Source of the DNA: Myxococcota bacterium
GTDB lineage: Bacteria > Myxococcota_A > UBA9160 > SZUA-336
DNA length: 64,000 nucleotides
Assembly: GCA_046754285.1 (NCBI GenBank)
Contig: JBHHVJ010000010.1
Coordinates: forward strand, 15,317 to 79,316
Direction of reading: 5' to 3'
Shown one piece after another: positions 28,047 to 39,610 of the stretch; position 1 is the stretch's first letter; every line of letters begins with the position of its first letter. The notes under the pieces were generated by a model. It had not been told where the DNA came from. It saw only the letters and a list, made by a program, of their open reading frames with translations, and searched no databases. The translations under genes and the position numbers were made by a program.

Positions 28047-29630
28047 ATGCCCCTGGTGGTCCGCGTGTTACGCTGGCGGGCGGTGTCCGTCACAGTCGCA
28101 ACACGTTTCGGCGTCGTCGCGGGCGTGCTCGACCGCGAGGTGCACTGCTTCCGCGCGGTGCCCTACGCACGGTCGCCGGTGGGGGAGCGGCGCTTCCGGC
28201 CCCCGGAACCCCCCGACCCCTGGCCCGGTGTGCGGGACGCACGCCAGTGTGGCCCGGCGGCGCCCCAGCGCCCGTCCAAGACGACCCGGCACCCGGGCGC
28301 GCGACCCCACGCGCAGAGTGAGAGCTGCCTGAGCCTCGACCTCTGGACCCCGGCCGTAGCTGGCGTCCCCCGTCCGGTGCTCGTCTGGATCCACGCCGGC
28401 CGCTTCCTCGAAGGATCGGCCTCGCTGCCCGACTGGAACGGCCGCCGCCTGGCGCGCCGGGGAGACGTCGTCGTGGTCACACTCCAGTATCGCCTCGGCG
28501 TGCTCGGCTTCCTGCACGCGCCCGATCGGCTCGACGAGCCAGGCACCAACCTCGGGCTCCTCGATCAGATCGCGGCGCTCGAGTGGGTGCGCGACGAGAT
28601 CGATGCCTTCGGCGGGGATCCGGGAAACGTGACGATCTTCGGGAGCGGCAGCGGCGCCACCTGTGCCAGCGCTCTCCTCGCGATGCCCCATGCGCGCTCG
28701 CTCTTTCGGAGGGCGATCCTGCAGAGCCCCCGTTCGGCCTTCCTGTCCCGGGAGGCGGCGGAGCGCAGAGCGCAGCGTTTCCTCGACGCGCTCGGACCGG
28801 ACGCGGCCCGGGCCGATCGCCTGCGCGCCCTCCCGCTCGAGCTCCTGCTCGACGCCCAGGAGCGCTGCGCGGCCGCGCAGCCCGGCGAGCCCTACTTCGC
28901 CCCGGTGATCGACGGTGTGCTGCTGCCCCACTCCCCCCCGCAGGCGCTCGGCGCCGGCGACGGGGCGGGCTGCCCGCTCCTGGTCGGCTGCAACCGAGAC
29001 GAGACATACGGACTCGGTCGGCTGGAGGGAGAGCCGAGTCCCCGCAGCGAGACCGAGCTCATGGAGAGGTTGCGCCGGAGCCTCGGCGCCGACGACGAGC
29101 GCGTGGGGCGCGTGCTCGATCTTTACCGAAGGTCGTTCGAGCGGACAGCACCTGAGCCCGGGGAGCTCTGGCACGCGATCGCGTCGGACCACCGCTTCCG
29201 GACGCTGGCACTCGCCCTCGCCGAGCAGCAGAGCCGGCACGAGCCCCAGACCTACGTCTATCGCTTCGACGGGCTGGAGGGCACGCCGACGCAGCACGGT
29301 CTGGAGGTCCCGTTCGTCTTCGGAACGCTGGAGGATCACTCGCGCGCCGCGGAGCTCGGCAAGACCGCGCGAACCACGGCCCTCGCGCGGCAGGTCCAGG
29401 ACGCCTGGATCGCGTTCGCCCACACCGGGCACCCCAATCACGCCAAGCTTCCGCCCTGGCCCCCCTACGCAGCCCCGCGTCGCGCCACGATGATCCTGGC
29501 CGAGAAGCCTCGCCTGGCCGAGGACCCCTGGGGGGAGGTGCGGGCCCTCGTCGATCTAATCGACGCAGGAGGAACGCTGGGAGGCAATCAGGAGAGCGCT
29601 CGGCGCACGGGTCAAAAAAGGCGCGGCTGA
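28047..29630 (+). CDS. Type-B carboxylesterase family protein, catalytic Ser apparently absent
   Basis: VPYA..PVG..RF.PP, SESCLSLDLW, YRLGVLGF, NLGLLDQIAALEWV, FGGDP.NVTIFG-SGSG, HGLEVPFVFG. Confidence 0.88.
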   Translation: MPLVVRVLRWRAVSVTVATRFGVVAGVLDREVHCFRAVPYARSPVGERRFRPPEPPDPWPGVRDARQCGPAAPQRPSKTTRHPGARPHAQSESCLSLDLWTPAVAGVPRPVLVWIHAGRFLEGSASLPDWNGRRLARRGDVVVVTLQYRLGVLGFLHAPDRLDEPGTNLGLLDQIAALEWVRDEIDAFGGDPGNVTIFGSGSGATCASALLAMPHARSLFRRAILQSPRSAFLSREAAERRAQRFLDALGPDAARADRLRALPLELLLDAQERCAAAQPGEPYFAPVIDGVLLPHSPPQALGAGDGAGCPLLVGCNRDETYGLGRLEGEPSPRSETELMERLRRSLGADDERVGRVLDLYRRSFERTAPEPGELWHAIASDHRFRTLALALAEQQSRHEPQTYVYRFDGLEGTPTQHGLEVPFVFGTLEDHSRAAELGKTARTTALARQVQDAWIAFAHTGHPNHAKLPPWPPYAAPRRATMILAEKPRLAEDPWGEVRALVDLIDAGGTLGGNQESARRTGQKRRG

Positions 29631-29681
29631 GCTCGACTCGGCGATCACATTCCGACACCGCCCGGACGGCCGACCTTCGAT

Positions 29682-29700
29682 GAAGCCGCCCGGTCGGCTT
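29682..29700. terminator. Possible short hairpin between convergent genes
   Basis: AAGCCG-cccggt-CGGCTT inverted repeat next to the DUF423 stop; U-tract is weak. Confidence 0.25.
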
Positions 29701-30054
29701 TCAGCGGGCCAGGCTGCAGAGCGAGAGCCAGGCGGCAATCAGGGTGAGGCCGCCGAGGGGCGTCAGCGGGCCGAGCCAGCTCCAGTGGGTGAGCGCCAGG
29801 CCGTAGAGGGAGCCCGAGAAGAGCAGGATCCCGGTACAGAAGAGCGCGGCGGGCAGTGTGACGCTCTTCTGTGTCGATACCGCCAGCGTACCGAGGGCCA
29901 GGAGCACGACGCTGTGGAGCAGATGATAGCTGGCGCCCGTCCGCCAGGCGGCGAGCAGCTCGGGAGAGACCTGCTCCTTCAAGCCGTGCGCGCCGAAGGC
30001 CCCCGCCACGATCGCGAGGGCTCCGGAGATGCCAGCGGCGACGATCCAGGGCAC
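29701..30054 (-). CDS. DUF423 / YgdD-TMEM256 family membrane protein
   Basis: GAFGAHGL, TGASYHLLHS, LFSGSLY, TPLGG. Confidence 0.88.
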   Translation of the reverse strand: MPWIVAAGISGALAIVAGAFGAHGLKEQVSPELLAAWRTGASYHLLHSVVLLALGTLAVSTQKSVTLPAALFCTGILLFSGSLYGLALTHWSWLGPLTPLGGLTLIAAWLSLCSLAR

Positions 30055-30059
30055 GGCGG

Positions 30060-31739
30060 TCAGTCGGTGACCGCGCCCCGGCTGGCGCTCGAGACCAGCT
30101 TGGCGTACTTCGCCAGCACGCCGGAGCGGTAGCGCGGCGGGGGCGGCTCCCACTCAGCGCGGCGGCGCTCGAGCTCGGCCTCGTCCACCTCGAGTTGCAA
30201 GAGATTTCGCTCGGCGTCGATCGTGATCGGATCGCCGTCGCGCACGAGCGCGATGAGGCCGCCGACCTGCGCCTCCGGCGCGACGTGCCCGACGACCATC
30301 CCGAAGGTCCCGCCCGAGAAGCGACCGTCCGTGATCAGCCCCACCGAGTCCCCGTAGCCTTTCCCGATCAGCGCGCTTGTGGGACCGAGCATCTCGCGCA
30401 TTCCCGGTCCCCCGCGCGGTCCCTCGTAGCGCAGCACGAGGATGTCCCCACCCTGAACGCGGTCGGAGAGGATCGCCTGCATGCACGCCTCCTCCGACTC
30501 GAAGACGCGTGCGGGACCGGACATCCTCAGGCGCTTCACACCGCTCGTCTTGGCGACGCAGCCCTCCTCGGCCAGGTTTCCCCGGAGGATCGTGAGATGA
30601 CCCATCGGGTACTTGGGAGCGTCGAGGGGCAGCACGACCTCCTGACCGTGCGGCGGCTCGGCGGGGACGTCGTGCAGGTTCTCCGCCACGCTGCGACCCG
30701 TGACGGTCCTGCAGTGGCCGTGGAGCAGGCCACGCTCAAGCAGCATCTTCATGATCAGCGGGATGCCCCCAACCCGGTGGAGATCGGTGGTGACGTAGGT
30801 CCCCGAGGGCTTGAGGTCGGCCAGGTGGGGGACGCGCCGGCGAGCCCTCTCGAAGTCGTCGAGCCCGAGCTCCACCTCGGCCGCGTGTGCGATCGCGAGC
30901 AGATGCAGCACGGCGTTCGTCGATCCGCCCACGGCCATGACCACGGCGATGGCGTTCTCGAAGGCCTTCCGCGTCAGAATGTCGCGCGGCTTGAGGTCCT
31001 CCTCGACGAGCCTCAGCAGGCAGCGGCCGCTCTCCTCGGCGTCGAGTCGCTTCTCCTCGTCCTCGGCGGCCATCGTCGAGGAGTAGGGCAGGCTCATGCC
31101 CAGCGCCTCGAAGGCGCTGCTCATGGTGTTCGCGGTGTACATCCCGCCGCAGGAGCCCTTGCCCGGGATCGCACAACGCTCGATCTGCTGGAAGTCCTCG
31201 CGCCCGATACGACCGGCCTCGAGCTCCCCGACCGCCTCGAAGATGCTCACGATGGTCAGGTCTTTGCCGGCGTGGCGACCCGGCTTGATCGTCCCGCCGT
31301 AGACGAAGATCGAGGGGATATTCAGGCGCGCCATGGCGATCATCGCGCCCGGCATGTTCTTGTCGCAGCCCCCGACGGCGATCAGCCCGTCGTGGCTCTG
31401 CGCACGGCAGACCGTCTCGATCGAGTCGGCGATCACTTCCCGGCTCACGAGGGAGCACTTCATGCCCTCGGTGCCCATCGAGATTCCGTCGCTCACCGTG
31501 ATGGTGCCGAACGTCTGGGGCATGCCGCCCGCGGCACGGATCGCACGGCTCGCGGCCTCGGCGAGCTCCCCGAGCCCCGCGTTACACGGCGTGATGTCGC
31601 TCTGGCCGTTGGCCACCGCGAGGATCGGCTTGCCGAAGTCCTCATCCCGGAACCCGACCGCGCGAAGCATTCCACGGTTGGGGGCGCGTGGGTCTCCCTC
31701 GGTGACGATGCGGCTGCGGCGGTTCATGGCCCGGGCCAT
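30060..31739 (-). CDS. ilvD: Dihydroxy-acid dehydratase
   Basis: [59 protein letters not shown]. Confidence 0.96.
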   Translation of the reverse strand: MARAMNRRSRIVTEGDPRAPNRGMLRAVGFRDEDFGKPILAVANGQSDITPCNAGLGELAEAASRAIRAAGGMPQTFGTITVSDGISMGTEGMKCSLVSREVIADSIETVCRAQSHDGLIAVGGCDKNMPGAMIAMARLNIPSIFVYGGTIKPGRHAGKDLTIVSIFEAVGELEAGRIGREDFQQIERCAIPGKGSCGGMYTANTMSSAFEALGMSLPYSSTMAAEDEEKRLDAEESGRCLLRLVEEDLKPRDILTRKAFENAIAVVMAVGGSTNAVLHLLAIAHAAEVELGLDDFERARRRVPHLADLKPSGTYVTTDLHRVGGIPLIMKMLLERGLLHGHCRTVTGRSVAENLHDVPAEPPHGQEVVLPLDAPKYPMGHLTILRGNLAEEGCVAKTSGVKRLRMSGPARVFESEEACMQAILSDRVQGGDILVLRYEGPRGGPGMREMLGPTSALIGKGYGDSVGLITDGRFSGGTFGMVVGHVAPEAQVGGLIALVRDGDPITIDAERNLLQLEVDEAELERRRAEWEPPPPRYRSGVLAKYAKLVSSASRGAVTD

Positions 31740-31746
31740 CGGGACG

Positions 31747-33096
31747 TCATTGTACCCGTTGGAGGTGAAAGCTACCTGCCTCCCGCTCTTTGCGACCGCA
31801 CCAGGGACAGAAGCGCCAGAAGGAGCGGGACACCGGCCAGCGGCAGCGCGGGCAGCGGTCCGGAAGCTCCGGGTCGCTCCAGGGACGACGGACCTTCTGC
31901 TTGCAGACCGGGCAGTAGCGCATGAAGGGCCGGAGCTGGCCCGGACAGCCCTTGCGGCTGCAGCGGCGCTCTGCACGCGCATCGGGACGCAGCGGTCGGC
32001 CGTTGCCCTGGAAGCGGCCCGAGAAGCACCACGGGCAGGCGGTCCACTCGGGCCGCACGCCGCGCTCGCAGTCGGGACAGACGAGGGGGTACGGCGAGAG
32101 CTGGCGGAAGGAGTTGTCGGCGCTCCCGCACCAGGGACAGAAGACCATCTCCTCGGCGATCGGGCCCTCGCAGCGGTGGCAGGCGTAGCGCATCCCCAGC
32201 CTTCTGCCGTAGCGACGCCGGAACAGCTCGGCCTGCACCGCGAGTGGGCTCGGCTCGGGCGCGGGTCGGCGGCGCGGCGTACGCCGGTGCGGCCTCTCCT
32301 CGACCCGTCGAAAGGCCGCCTCCAGCTTCTCCTCCAGCTCCACCGCGCTGGCGAAGCGCCGCTCGGGCTCGAGCTCGGCCGCGCGGCGGAGCACGGGTCG
32401 CACGGGCTCGGGGACCTTGGCCTCGAAGCGCTCGATTCCCTCGGGCGGCCACTCGAAGGGCCAGCTCGGCAGCACACCCGTGAGGATCTCGTAGGCGATC
32501 AGGCCCAGCGAGAACACATCGGAGGCGAAGCTCGTGCGGCCGTAGGCCTGCTCGGGCGCCAGGTAGCCGAATGTGCCCACCTTCGTGAAGTCCTGGGTCA
32601 TCCCCTTGCTGAACCGCGAGAGCCCGAAGTCGGTCAGCGCGGCACGGCCGTCATCGAAGATCACGATGTTCTCCGGCTTGACGTCCCGGTGCAGGATGCG
32701 CCGCGCGTGCGCATGCGCAAGGCCAGCCGCGATGTCGCGAATGATGCGCAGGGCGATGCGCGCCGAGCGTCGTGCACCCCGATGGCGCTCCAGCGTGGTT
32801 CGCCCCAGCTCCGTGGCCAGAACGAAGTATCCGTCGATCCAGTCCGCGTTCCGGACCGCCACGATGTTGGGATGCGAGAGCTTCACCGCGAGGCGCGCCT
32901 CGCGCTCGATCTCCTCCCGCCCGTACTCCTCCACCACCGACGGAAGCGCCACCTTGAGCGCCACGTCCCGGCCCTCGACCAGGTCCCGCGCCTTCCAGAC
33001 CGTCGCGAACGCGCCTTCGCCAAGCTTCCGGTCGAGCCGGTACTTGCCGAGCCGTCCGCCGCGGCGGGGCACCGCACGCCTGGTCCCGAGGCTCAA
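31747..33096 (-). CDS. Hanks-type Ser/Thr protein kinase with C-terminal multi-zinc-ribbon region
   Basis: [38 protein letters not shown]; eight Cys pairs in the last ~140 aa; TTG start with SD GGAGG. Confidence 0.9.
   Translation of the reverse strand: MSLGTRRAVPRRGGRLGKYRLDRKLGEGAFATVWKARDLVEGRDVALKVALPSVVEEYGREEIEREARLAVKLSHPNIVAVRNADWIDGYFVLATELGRTTLERHRGARRSARIALRIIRDIAAGLAHAHARRILHRDVKPENIVIFDDGRAALTDFGLSRFSKGMTQDFTKVGTFGYLAPEQAYGRTSFASDVFSLGLIAYEILTGVLPSWPFEWPPEGIERFEAKVPEPVRPVLRRAAELEPERRFASAVELEEKLEAAFRRVEERPHRRTPRRRPAPEPSPLAVQAELFRRRYGRRLGMRYACHRCEGPIAEEMVFCPWCGSADNSFRQLSPYPLVCPDCERGVRPEWTACPWCFSGRFQGNGRPLRPDARAERRCSRKGCPGQLRPFMRYCPVCKQKVRRPWSDPELPDRCPRCRWPVSRSFWRFCPWCGRKEREAGSFHLQRVQ
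31749..31754 (-). promoter_or_regulatory. Putative -10 element (TACAAT) for ilvD, inside the end of the kinase gene
   Basis: TACAAT 9 nt before ATG 31739; no SD. Confidence 0.5.
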
Positions 33097-33115
33097 AGCC
33101 GGCCCTCCGGCGGGG

Positions 33116-33601
33116 TCAATCCTGGTAGATCAGGCGCGTCAGGAACTCGGCCACGCAGCCCGGCTTGCTCTCCCCTTCGATCTCCATCGTGACCGTCTGC
33201 TTGAGCTGGAGCGCGTTCGCCCCCTTGAGCTCGGCCGAGACGAGGACCCTGCGAGCCCGCACCCGGGAGTTCACCTTGACCGGCGTCGGAAAGCGCACGC
33301 GGTCCAGCCCGTAGTTCAGTCCCATCGTGAGTCCCTCGAACGCCTGTGCGTCCGGCGGCGGCATCTTCGCCATCAGGTACGGGATCAGCGACAGGGTCAG
33401 GAAGCCGTGTGCGATCGTCACCTTGAACGGAGAGAGCTTCGCAGCCTTCTCGGGATCCACATGGATGAACTGATGGTCGTGGGTCGCCTCCGCGAAGCGG
33501 TTGATCTCCGCCTGGTCGATGAGGTGCCAGTCGCTGACGCCGTCCTCCTGCCCGATGCCCTTCTCGAAGATCGCCAGGGCCTTCTCCGCGTGACCTGCCA
33601 T
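33116..33601 (-). CDS. MaoC family dehydratase (NodN-like)
   Basis: FAEATHDHQFIHVDP, TIAHGFLTLSL, NYGLDRVRFP.PV. Confidence 0.9.
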   Translation of the reverse strand: MAGHAEKALAIFEKGIGQEDGVSDWHLIDQAEINRFAEATHDHQFIHVDPEKAAKLSPFKVTIAHGFLTLSLIPYLMAKMPPPDAQAFEGLTMGLNYGLDRVRFPTPVKVNSRVRARRVLVSAELKGANALQLKQTVTMEIEGESKPGCVAEFLTRLIYQD

Positions 33602-33618
33602 ACCGATGGCTTCCTTTC

Positions 33619-34068
33619 CTAGCGCCGAGGGGTCAGATCCAGGTCCGGGGGCGGGAAGTCGGGAAGCTTCCAGCGAATGTGCGGCTTGTCCTTCTTCTCG
33701 TGCCACGCGTTCGCCGAGTCCACGGCCTTCTCGATGGCGGCCTCGAAAGCGGCAAAATCCTCGTCCTTGATCGCGGCCTCCAGGGGCGCCCAGTCGTCCC
33801 GGAGATACTCCTCGATCGCCTCCTCGTGCTTGGGCCGCGTGTAGCAGCAGATCTCGAAGAGCTTCTTGGCCTCCTTCCACTGGTAGTGCGCGTTGGGCCA
33901 GTTGCCGGCCTTGGCGGCGTAGAAGAGCTTCCAGGTGCGGCTTCCGATCTCGGGCATGAGCCGGGCGAGCCCGGGTTGGATCATCGCGATCTCATCGATC
34001 GCCATGTCGCGCTTGCCGCTCCAGAAGACCATATCGCGCACGATCTCCTTGACGCGCTCCTCGTCCAT
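33619..34068 (-). CDS. Hypothetical helical protein
   Basis: 149 aa ORF with SD GGAGGA, short gaps to both neighbours; PGL..LM, KLFYAAKAGNW. Confidence 0.75.
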   Translation of the reverse strand: MDEERVKEIVRDMVFWSGKRDMAIDEIAMIQPGLARLMPEIGSRTWKLFYAAKAGNWPNAHYQWKEAKKLFEICCYTRPKHEEAIEEYLRDDWAPLEAAIKDEDFAAFEAAIEKAVDSANAWHEKKDKPHIRWKLPDFPPPDLDLTPRR

Positions 34069-34080
34069 CGCAGTCCTCCG

Positions 34081-35205
34081 TCAGGCTCGGGGGCCCAGCA
34101 GCTGCTCACACAGCTTGAGCCGTTCCAGATAGGCGCTTCGCACCAGCTCCACGTCCCGCACGAAGTGCTCGAGCTCCTCGAGCCGCAGCGCCTGGGGACC
34201 GTCGCAGAGCGCCTGCTCGGGGCGGGGATGAAAATCCACGAGCACGGCGTTGGCCCCCGTGATGATGCCCTGCGCGGTCACGTGCTGGATGTCCAGCAGG
34301 CCGTCGCTTGCGGCGACCTTCTTTCCCACCGAGTGCGAGGGATCGATGCAGACGGGCAGACGCGTCAGGCGCTTGATGACGGGGACGTGCCCGAAGTCCA
34401 CGAAGTTCCGGTGCGGATCCCCGAGATGGCTCTTGACCCCCCGCAGGCAGAAGATGATCCGCCGGTTCCCGCCGGACGCCACGTACTCGCAGGCGTTCAG
34501 GGACTCATCGAGCGTGATCCCCATTCCCCTCTTGTAGAGGACCGGGAACTCCTGCTGTTGACCGACGACTTTGAGCAGCTCGAAGTTCTGGGCGTTGCGC
34601 GTCCCGATCTGGAGCAGCACACCCGTGGGATGACCCGCTGCATCCAGCGCACCACAGATCTCATCGAGCTGCGTCTCGTGCGTAATCTCCATGGCGATCA
34701 CCTTGATCCCATAGCGGCCCGCCAGCTCAAAGACGTAGGAAAGACACTCTCGCCCGTGCCCCTGGAAGTCGTAGGGGCTGGTGCGCGGCTTGTAGGCCCC
34801 GGCGCGCGTGGTCTCCAGACCGACGGAGGCCAGCGCCCGGAACATCTCCTCGACGCTCTCGCGTCGGTCCACGGCACACAGACCCGCGAAGATGTGCAGG
34901 CTGTCTTGGCTGAAGTGGAGCCCGTTGTACTCGAAGCCGAGCGCCTCGACCTGTCCAGCGTGGCGGCCGATGGAGCGGTAGCGCTCCCGGACCCGGATCA
35001 CGCGCTCCACGGCCGAGAACTCCTCGAAGGGAGCCTCGGGAACCGCGGCAGTCGATCCCAGCAGGTAGATCTCCGTGAGCGCCCGCGTGGTACCCCGAAT
35101 CACGCGAACCTCGGTCTGGACGTCCGGGTAGCGCTCGGCCAGCTCCACGACCTGCCGGACCTCGGGCGAGTCGGGCAGGATGTCGGCCTTCATCACGATG
35201 ATCAT
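34081..35205 (-). CDS. aroF: 3-deoxy-7-phosphoheptulonate (DAHP) synthase, type I-beta with N-terminal regulatory domain
   Basis: IFAGLCAV, RAGAYKPRTSPYDFQG, QIGTRNAQNFELL, KRGMG, IDPSHSVG, ALCDGPQAL. Confidence 0.9.
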   Translation of the reverse strand: MIIVMKADILPDSPEVRQVVELAERYPDVQTEVRVIRGTTRALTEIYLLGSTAAVPEAPFEEFSAVERVIRVRERYRSIGRHAGQVEALGFEYNGLHFSQDSLHIFAGLCAVDRRESVEEMFRALASVGLETTRAGAYKPRTSPYDFQGHGRECLSYVFELAGRYGIKVIAMEITHETQLDEICGALDAAGHPTGVLLQIGTRNAQNFELLKVVGQQQEFPVLYKRGMGITLDESLNACEYVASGGNRRIIFCLRGVKSHLGDPHRNFVDFGHVPVIKRLTRLPVCIDPSHSVGKKVAASDGLLDIQHVTAQGIITGANAVLVDFHPRPEQALCDGPQALRLEELEHFVRDVELVRSAYLERLKLCEQLLGPRA

Positions 35206-35214
35206 CTTGGCGCC

Positions 35215-35220
35215 ATACTA
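35215..35220 (-). promoter_or_regulatory. Putative -10 element (TAGTAT) for aroF
   Basis: 9 nt before ATG 35205; no SD. Confidence 0.45.
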
Positions 35221-35320
35221 CCCAGGGCCCGCGCACGATTCCACCGTCCCGCCCTCCGGGACCCCGACCTCCGCGCCCAGCTCGGCGCCGGAAAGCTGCC
35301 GGCCCCGACGGGATCCCGGC

Positions 35321-35333
35321 GGCAGGATCTGCC
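35321..35333. promoter_or_regulatory. Putative enhancer (UAS) palindrome GGCAG-GAT-CTGCC
   Basis: Perfect 5-bp inverted repeat centred 85 bp upstream of the -24 G at 35412; same structure found upstream of flgB. Confidence 0.6.
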
Positions 35334-35409
35334 CCCCGGCAGACGGGACCCGGGTAAGCAGAGACCCCTTGGAGGACAAGGTGGGTCAGGTGAGACGCGG
35401 CAAAGCTCC

Positions 35410-35425
35410 GGGCACACGCATTGCA
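35410..35425 (+). promoter_or_regulatory. Sigma54 -24/-12 promoter
   Basis: GGGCAC-ACGCA-TTGCA; GG-N10-GC spacing. Confidence 0.7.
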
Positions 35426-35438
35426 GCCTCGGGGGGCG

Positions 35439-37690
35439 ATGTTCTTCCCGGGGGAAAAGACAACGGGGCGCAGGAGCTGCCCAGTTCGGAGGGGCTCGAT
35501 CGCACGCCCGTTTGCTGCACACATCGCTGGGCTCCTGCTCGCGACGCTCGGCGCGAGCCCAGCCGCACACGGCGCAGAGCTGATCGACTCCCAGATCTGG
35601 CAGGCGCACTTCGAGGCGTGGGTCGAGCGGGCGTTGGTACGGGACGAGCTGGACGAAGCCGCCCGGCACGCGCCGGAGCTGGACCCCGGCTCGACCCTGC
35701 GCGTGCTCAACGAGCTGGTGAAGGCGCGGCTCGACGGCCATCCAGAAGGCCTCGCGCTCCCGTCGGAGGTCATCGCGAAGATCCGTGCGCCCGGAATATC
35801 TGGACCCGTCCGGCAGGCCGCACTGCACTACGCGCGCGGCGACATCGAGAAGGCCCGGGAGATCCTCGACGCCCCGGAGCTGGAGAGCGATGCGGACGCC
35901 GCCCATCTCCAGGCTCAGATCCACGACGCCCAGACGGAGAACGAGGAGCCCTACTCGCCTTACCACCGACTCGAGGCGATCGCGGACTATCGCTATGCCC
36001 TGAGCCTGTCCGAGGAGTCCGCCCAGGAGGACCGTGCGCGCGTGCGTATCGGCCAGATCCTCGCCGAGCTTCGCTTCTTTCCGGAGGCGAGGGCCACCTT
36101 CCGGCCGCTTCTCGAGCGGGAGCTTCGCGAGCCATACGACCTGGCAGCGCAGGTCTCGTACACCGAGACGACCTACCTGGCCCGCGATCCCCGTCGCACC
36201 CTGGTGTCGCTCGGTGAGCTCGATCTCGAGACGCTCTCGCCCGCGCTGCGCCACTGGGCCATTCGGCGAACGGGCGACAGCTTCTACCGGCTCGGCAACG
36301 CCCGGGCTGCGGTCCGTGCCTACACACGGCTGATCGAGGAGGCGAGCGACCCCGCGCAGATCGATCCGATCACCCGCCTCCGGCTGACCATGGCCCTGCT
36401 CGAGCTGGGCAAGCCCTCCGAGGCGCAGCTCGAGCTCGCGCACGTGCTCGGAGACACGGACGCCCCCGAGGAGCTCACCGCGCTCGCGGGCCTGCTCCTG
36501 GCGCGCGCCCTACGCGAGACGGAGGCCTACGCGAACGCGGCAGACGTGGCGGCCGAGGTCGCACGGTCTCGCGGGCCGTCCTCCGAGAGTGCGCTGGCCT
36601 GGGTCGAGCTCCTGGAGTCGCGGGGGCGGGTGGGCGAGCCCGTGCTGGAGCTTTCCGACGAGGTGGACGATCTGGCCCAGCGGACGGACGAGGCGCCGGC
36701 CTATGACCTCCTCGCGTATCGGCTGCTGCAGCAGCCGGGTATCGCCGAGACGCCGGCGGAGCTGCGGACCCTCCTGGGCCAGCTGCTCCCAAAGCTCGCG
36801 GACGGACCCGTGCGCAGGCTGGCCCGCGATGATCTCACGGCCCGGCTTCAGGCCCATCTTCGCAGCGTCCAGCTCGGTGAGGAGGAGCTCGACCCGCAGG
36901 TGCTGAAGGACGTCGCCGAGTACCTGCACCCAAGTCACGTCGATCAGGACGCTCTGCTTCTCGGCCTGGAGTCCTTCTACCGTAGTGGGGACTGGGAGAG
37001 CTGCATGCGCTGGGGCCGCACCCTCCACCGCAGCGACGTGCGCCCGATTCGCAAGGGTCTCGGCGCCTGGCGGGACCTGCAGTGTCGCCGCGCCAAGCAG
37101 CCCAGCCTCGTGTCCTCGCGAAACCTGATTCTGCTGGCCGACGGCGGGCGAACGGGATCCTTTGCGCTGGCCCTCGCTGCCGTGGCGGCCGAGGAGGCGC
37201 TGCGCGCAGGCGATCCCCAGGAGGCACGAGAGATCTACGACGCGGCGTTGCACTCGGTGGCCGATCCCCGGCTGCTCGGCCCCGTCCTGCTGCGGGCCGC
37301 AGAGCTCGACCTCGCGGAGGGGCGGCTGCGCGTAGGGGCGCGGAAGCTGCTTCGAGGGCTCGCCCTCACCGACGAAGACGATGTGGTCCATGATCCCTTT
37401 CGCAAGGCAGGCCTGGTAGCGCTCGGCCGTGTCACCGCCACGGAGAAGCTACGAAAGGATCGCGAGCTCACGTCCGTTCTGGAGCGAGAGCGAGAGCGAG
37501 CCGAGAGCTGGTGGGCACCGGTCTACGCTTATCTGGGATTCCGAGCCGGGCGTACGGGCGCACCGCATGGCGGCGACGTCTTCTCCCGGGCGGCGCTCGA
37601 GGTGCGTCGCGTCGCCGAGCTTCGCTCCCGTGTCGAGAAGATCGTGGGTCGCGAAGCTCTCGAGACCGCTCGGACGGAGCTGCGCTCAAG

Positions 37691-37694
<4 letters not shown>
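35439..37694 (+). CDS. Large alpha-helical (TPR-like) exported protein heading the flagellar cluster
   Basis: Signal-peptide-like segment ending ASPAAHG-AE; repeated TPR-like helices (GDSFYRLGNARAAVRAY, GQILAELRFFPEARATF); ATGA overlap with the activator; start approximate. Confidence 0.65.
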
Positions 37695-39094
<1,400 letters not shown>

Positions 39095-39162
39095 GCGGAG
39101 GATGGCAGACGTGTACGGACACGAGTGTCGTCGGAGGGGGCCGCACGTCTCCTCCCGCACCG

Positions 39163-39178
39163 TGGCATACGGCTTGCT
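39163..39178 (+). promoter_or_regulatory. Sigma54 -24/-12 promoter of the flgB operon
   Basis: TGGCAT-ACGGC-TTGCT, near consensus. Confidence 0.85.
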
Positions 39179-39217
39179 CCTCCACAGGACCGGAAGAGCA
39201 GGAGGAGAGTGCGCGCA

Positions 39218-39610
39218 ATGCCTCTGATCGATGATCCCGTCTCCCGTCTGATGGAGCAGGTGCTCGGCTTCGCCAACCTGCGGCAGGACGTGATCGCGTC
39301 GAACCTCGCGAACGCGAACACACCCGGCTACCGCGCCTTCGACCTCGTGCTGCAGGAGAGCCTCGGGAGCGGTCCGTCGCTCGAGCCGGCGCGTTCCGAT
39401 CCGCGACACCTTTCGCTCGGCGGCTCGGACGGTCTGCCGAGCGGCGCAGAGCTGAAGCCTTCGAACGCACCGGCTCGGCTCGACGGAAACAACGTAAACC
39501 TGGATCAGGAGCTGATGAAGATGCTCGAGAACCGCTTCCTCTACCAGGCCGCGATGGAGCTGAGGGACCGTTGGGGCAACCTCAAGCCGGTCGCCAGGGA
39601 TCTACGATGA
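39218..39610 (+). CDS. flgB: Flagellar basal-body rod protein FlgB
   Basis: RQDVIASNLANANTPGYR, DGNNVNLDQE; SD AGGAGG. Confidence 0.93.
   Translation: MPLIDDPVSRLMEQVLGFANLRQDVIASNLANANTPGYRAFDLVLQESLGSGPSLEPARSDPRHLSLGGSDGLPSGAELKPSNAPARLDGNNVNLDQELMKMLENRFLYQAAMELRDRWGNLKPVARDLR

Noticed and set aside
25105-32477. Apparent fusions from extended ORF calls (25105-27246, 27201-29630, 30060-32477)
   Set aside because: The N-terminal extensions overlap other real genes and recognisable domains start at the internal starts given in features
29871-33192. Very long alternative-frame ORFs (e.g. 29871-31925, 31333-33192, also 10317-12242, 47612-49462)
   Set aside because: Antisense or shifted shadows of well-supported genes, Arg/Ala/Pro-rich with no motifs; expected at high GC where stop codons are rare
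29701-35205. Single six-gene operon aroF to DUF423
   Set aside because: Gaps are short, but ilvD has its own TACAAT -10 box inside the kinase gene, so one transcript cannot be assumed
37486-37502. GAGCGA tandem repeat
   Set aside because: Encodes ERERER in the TPR-like protein; too short to be a functional repeat
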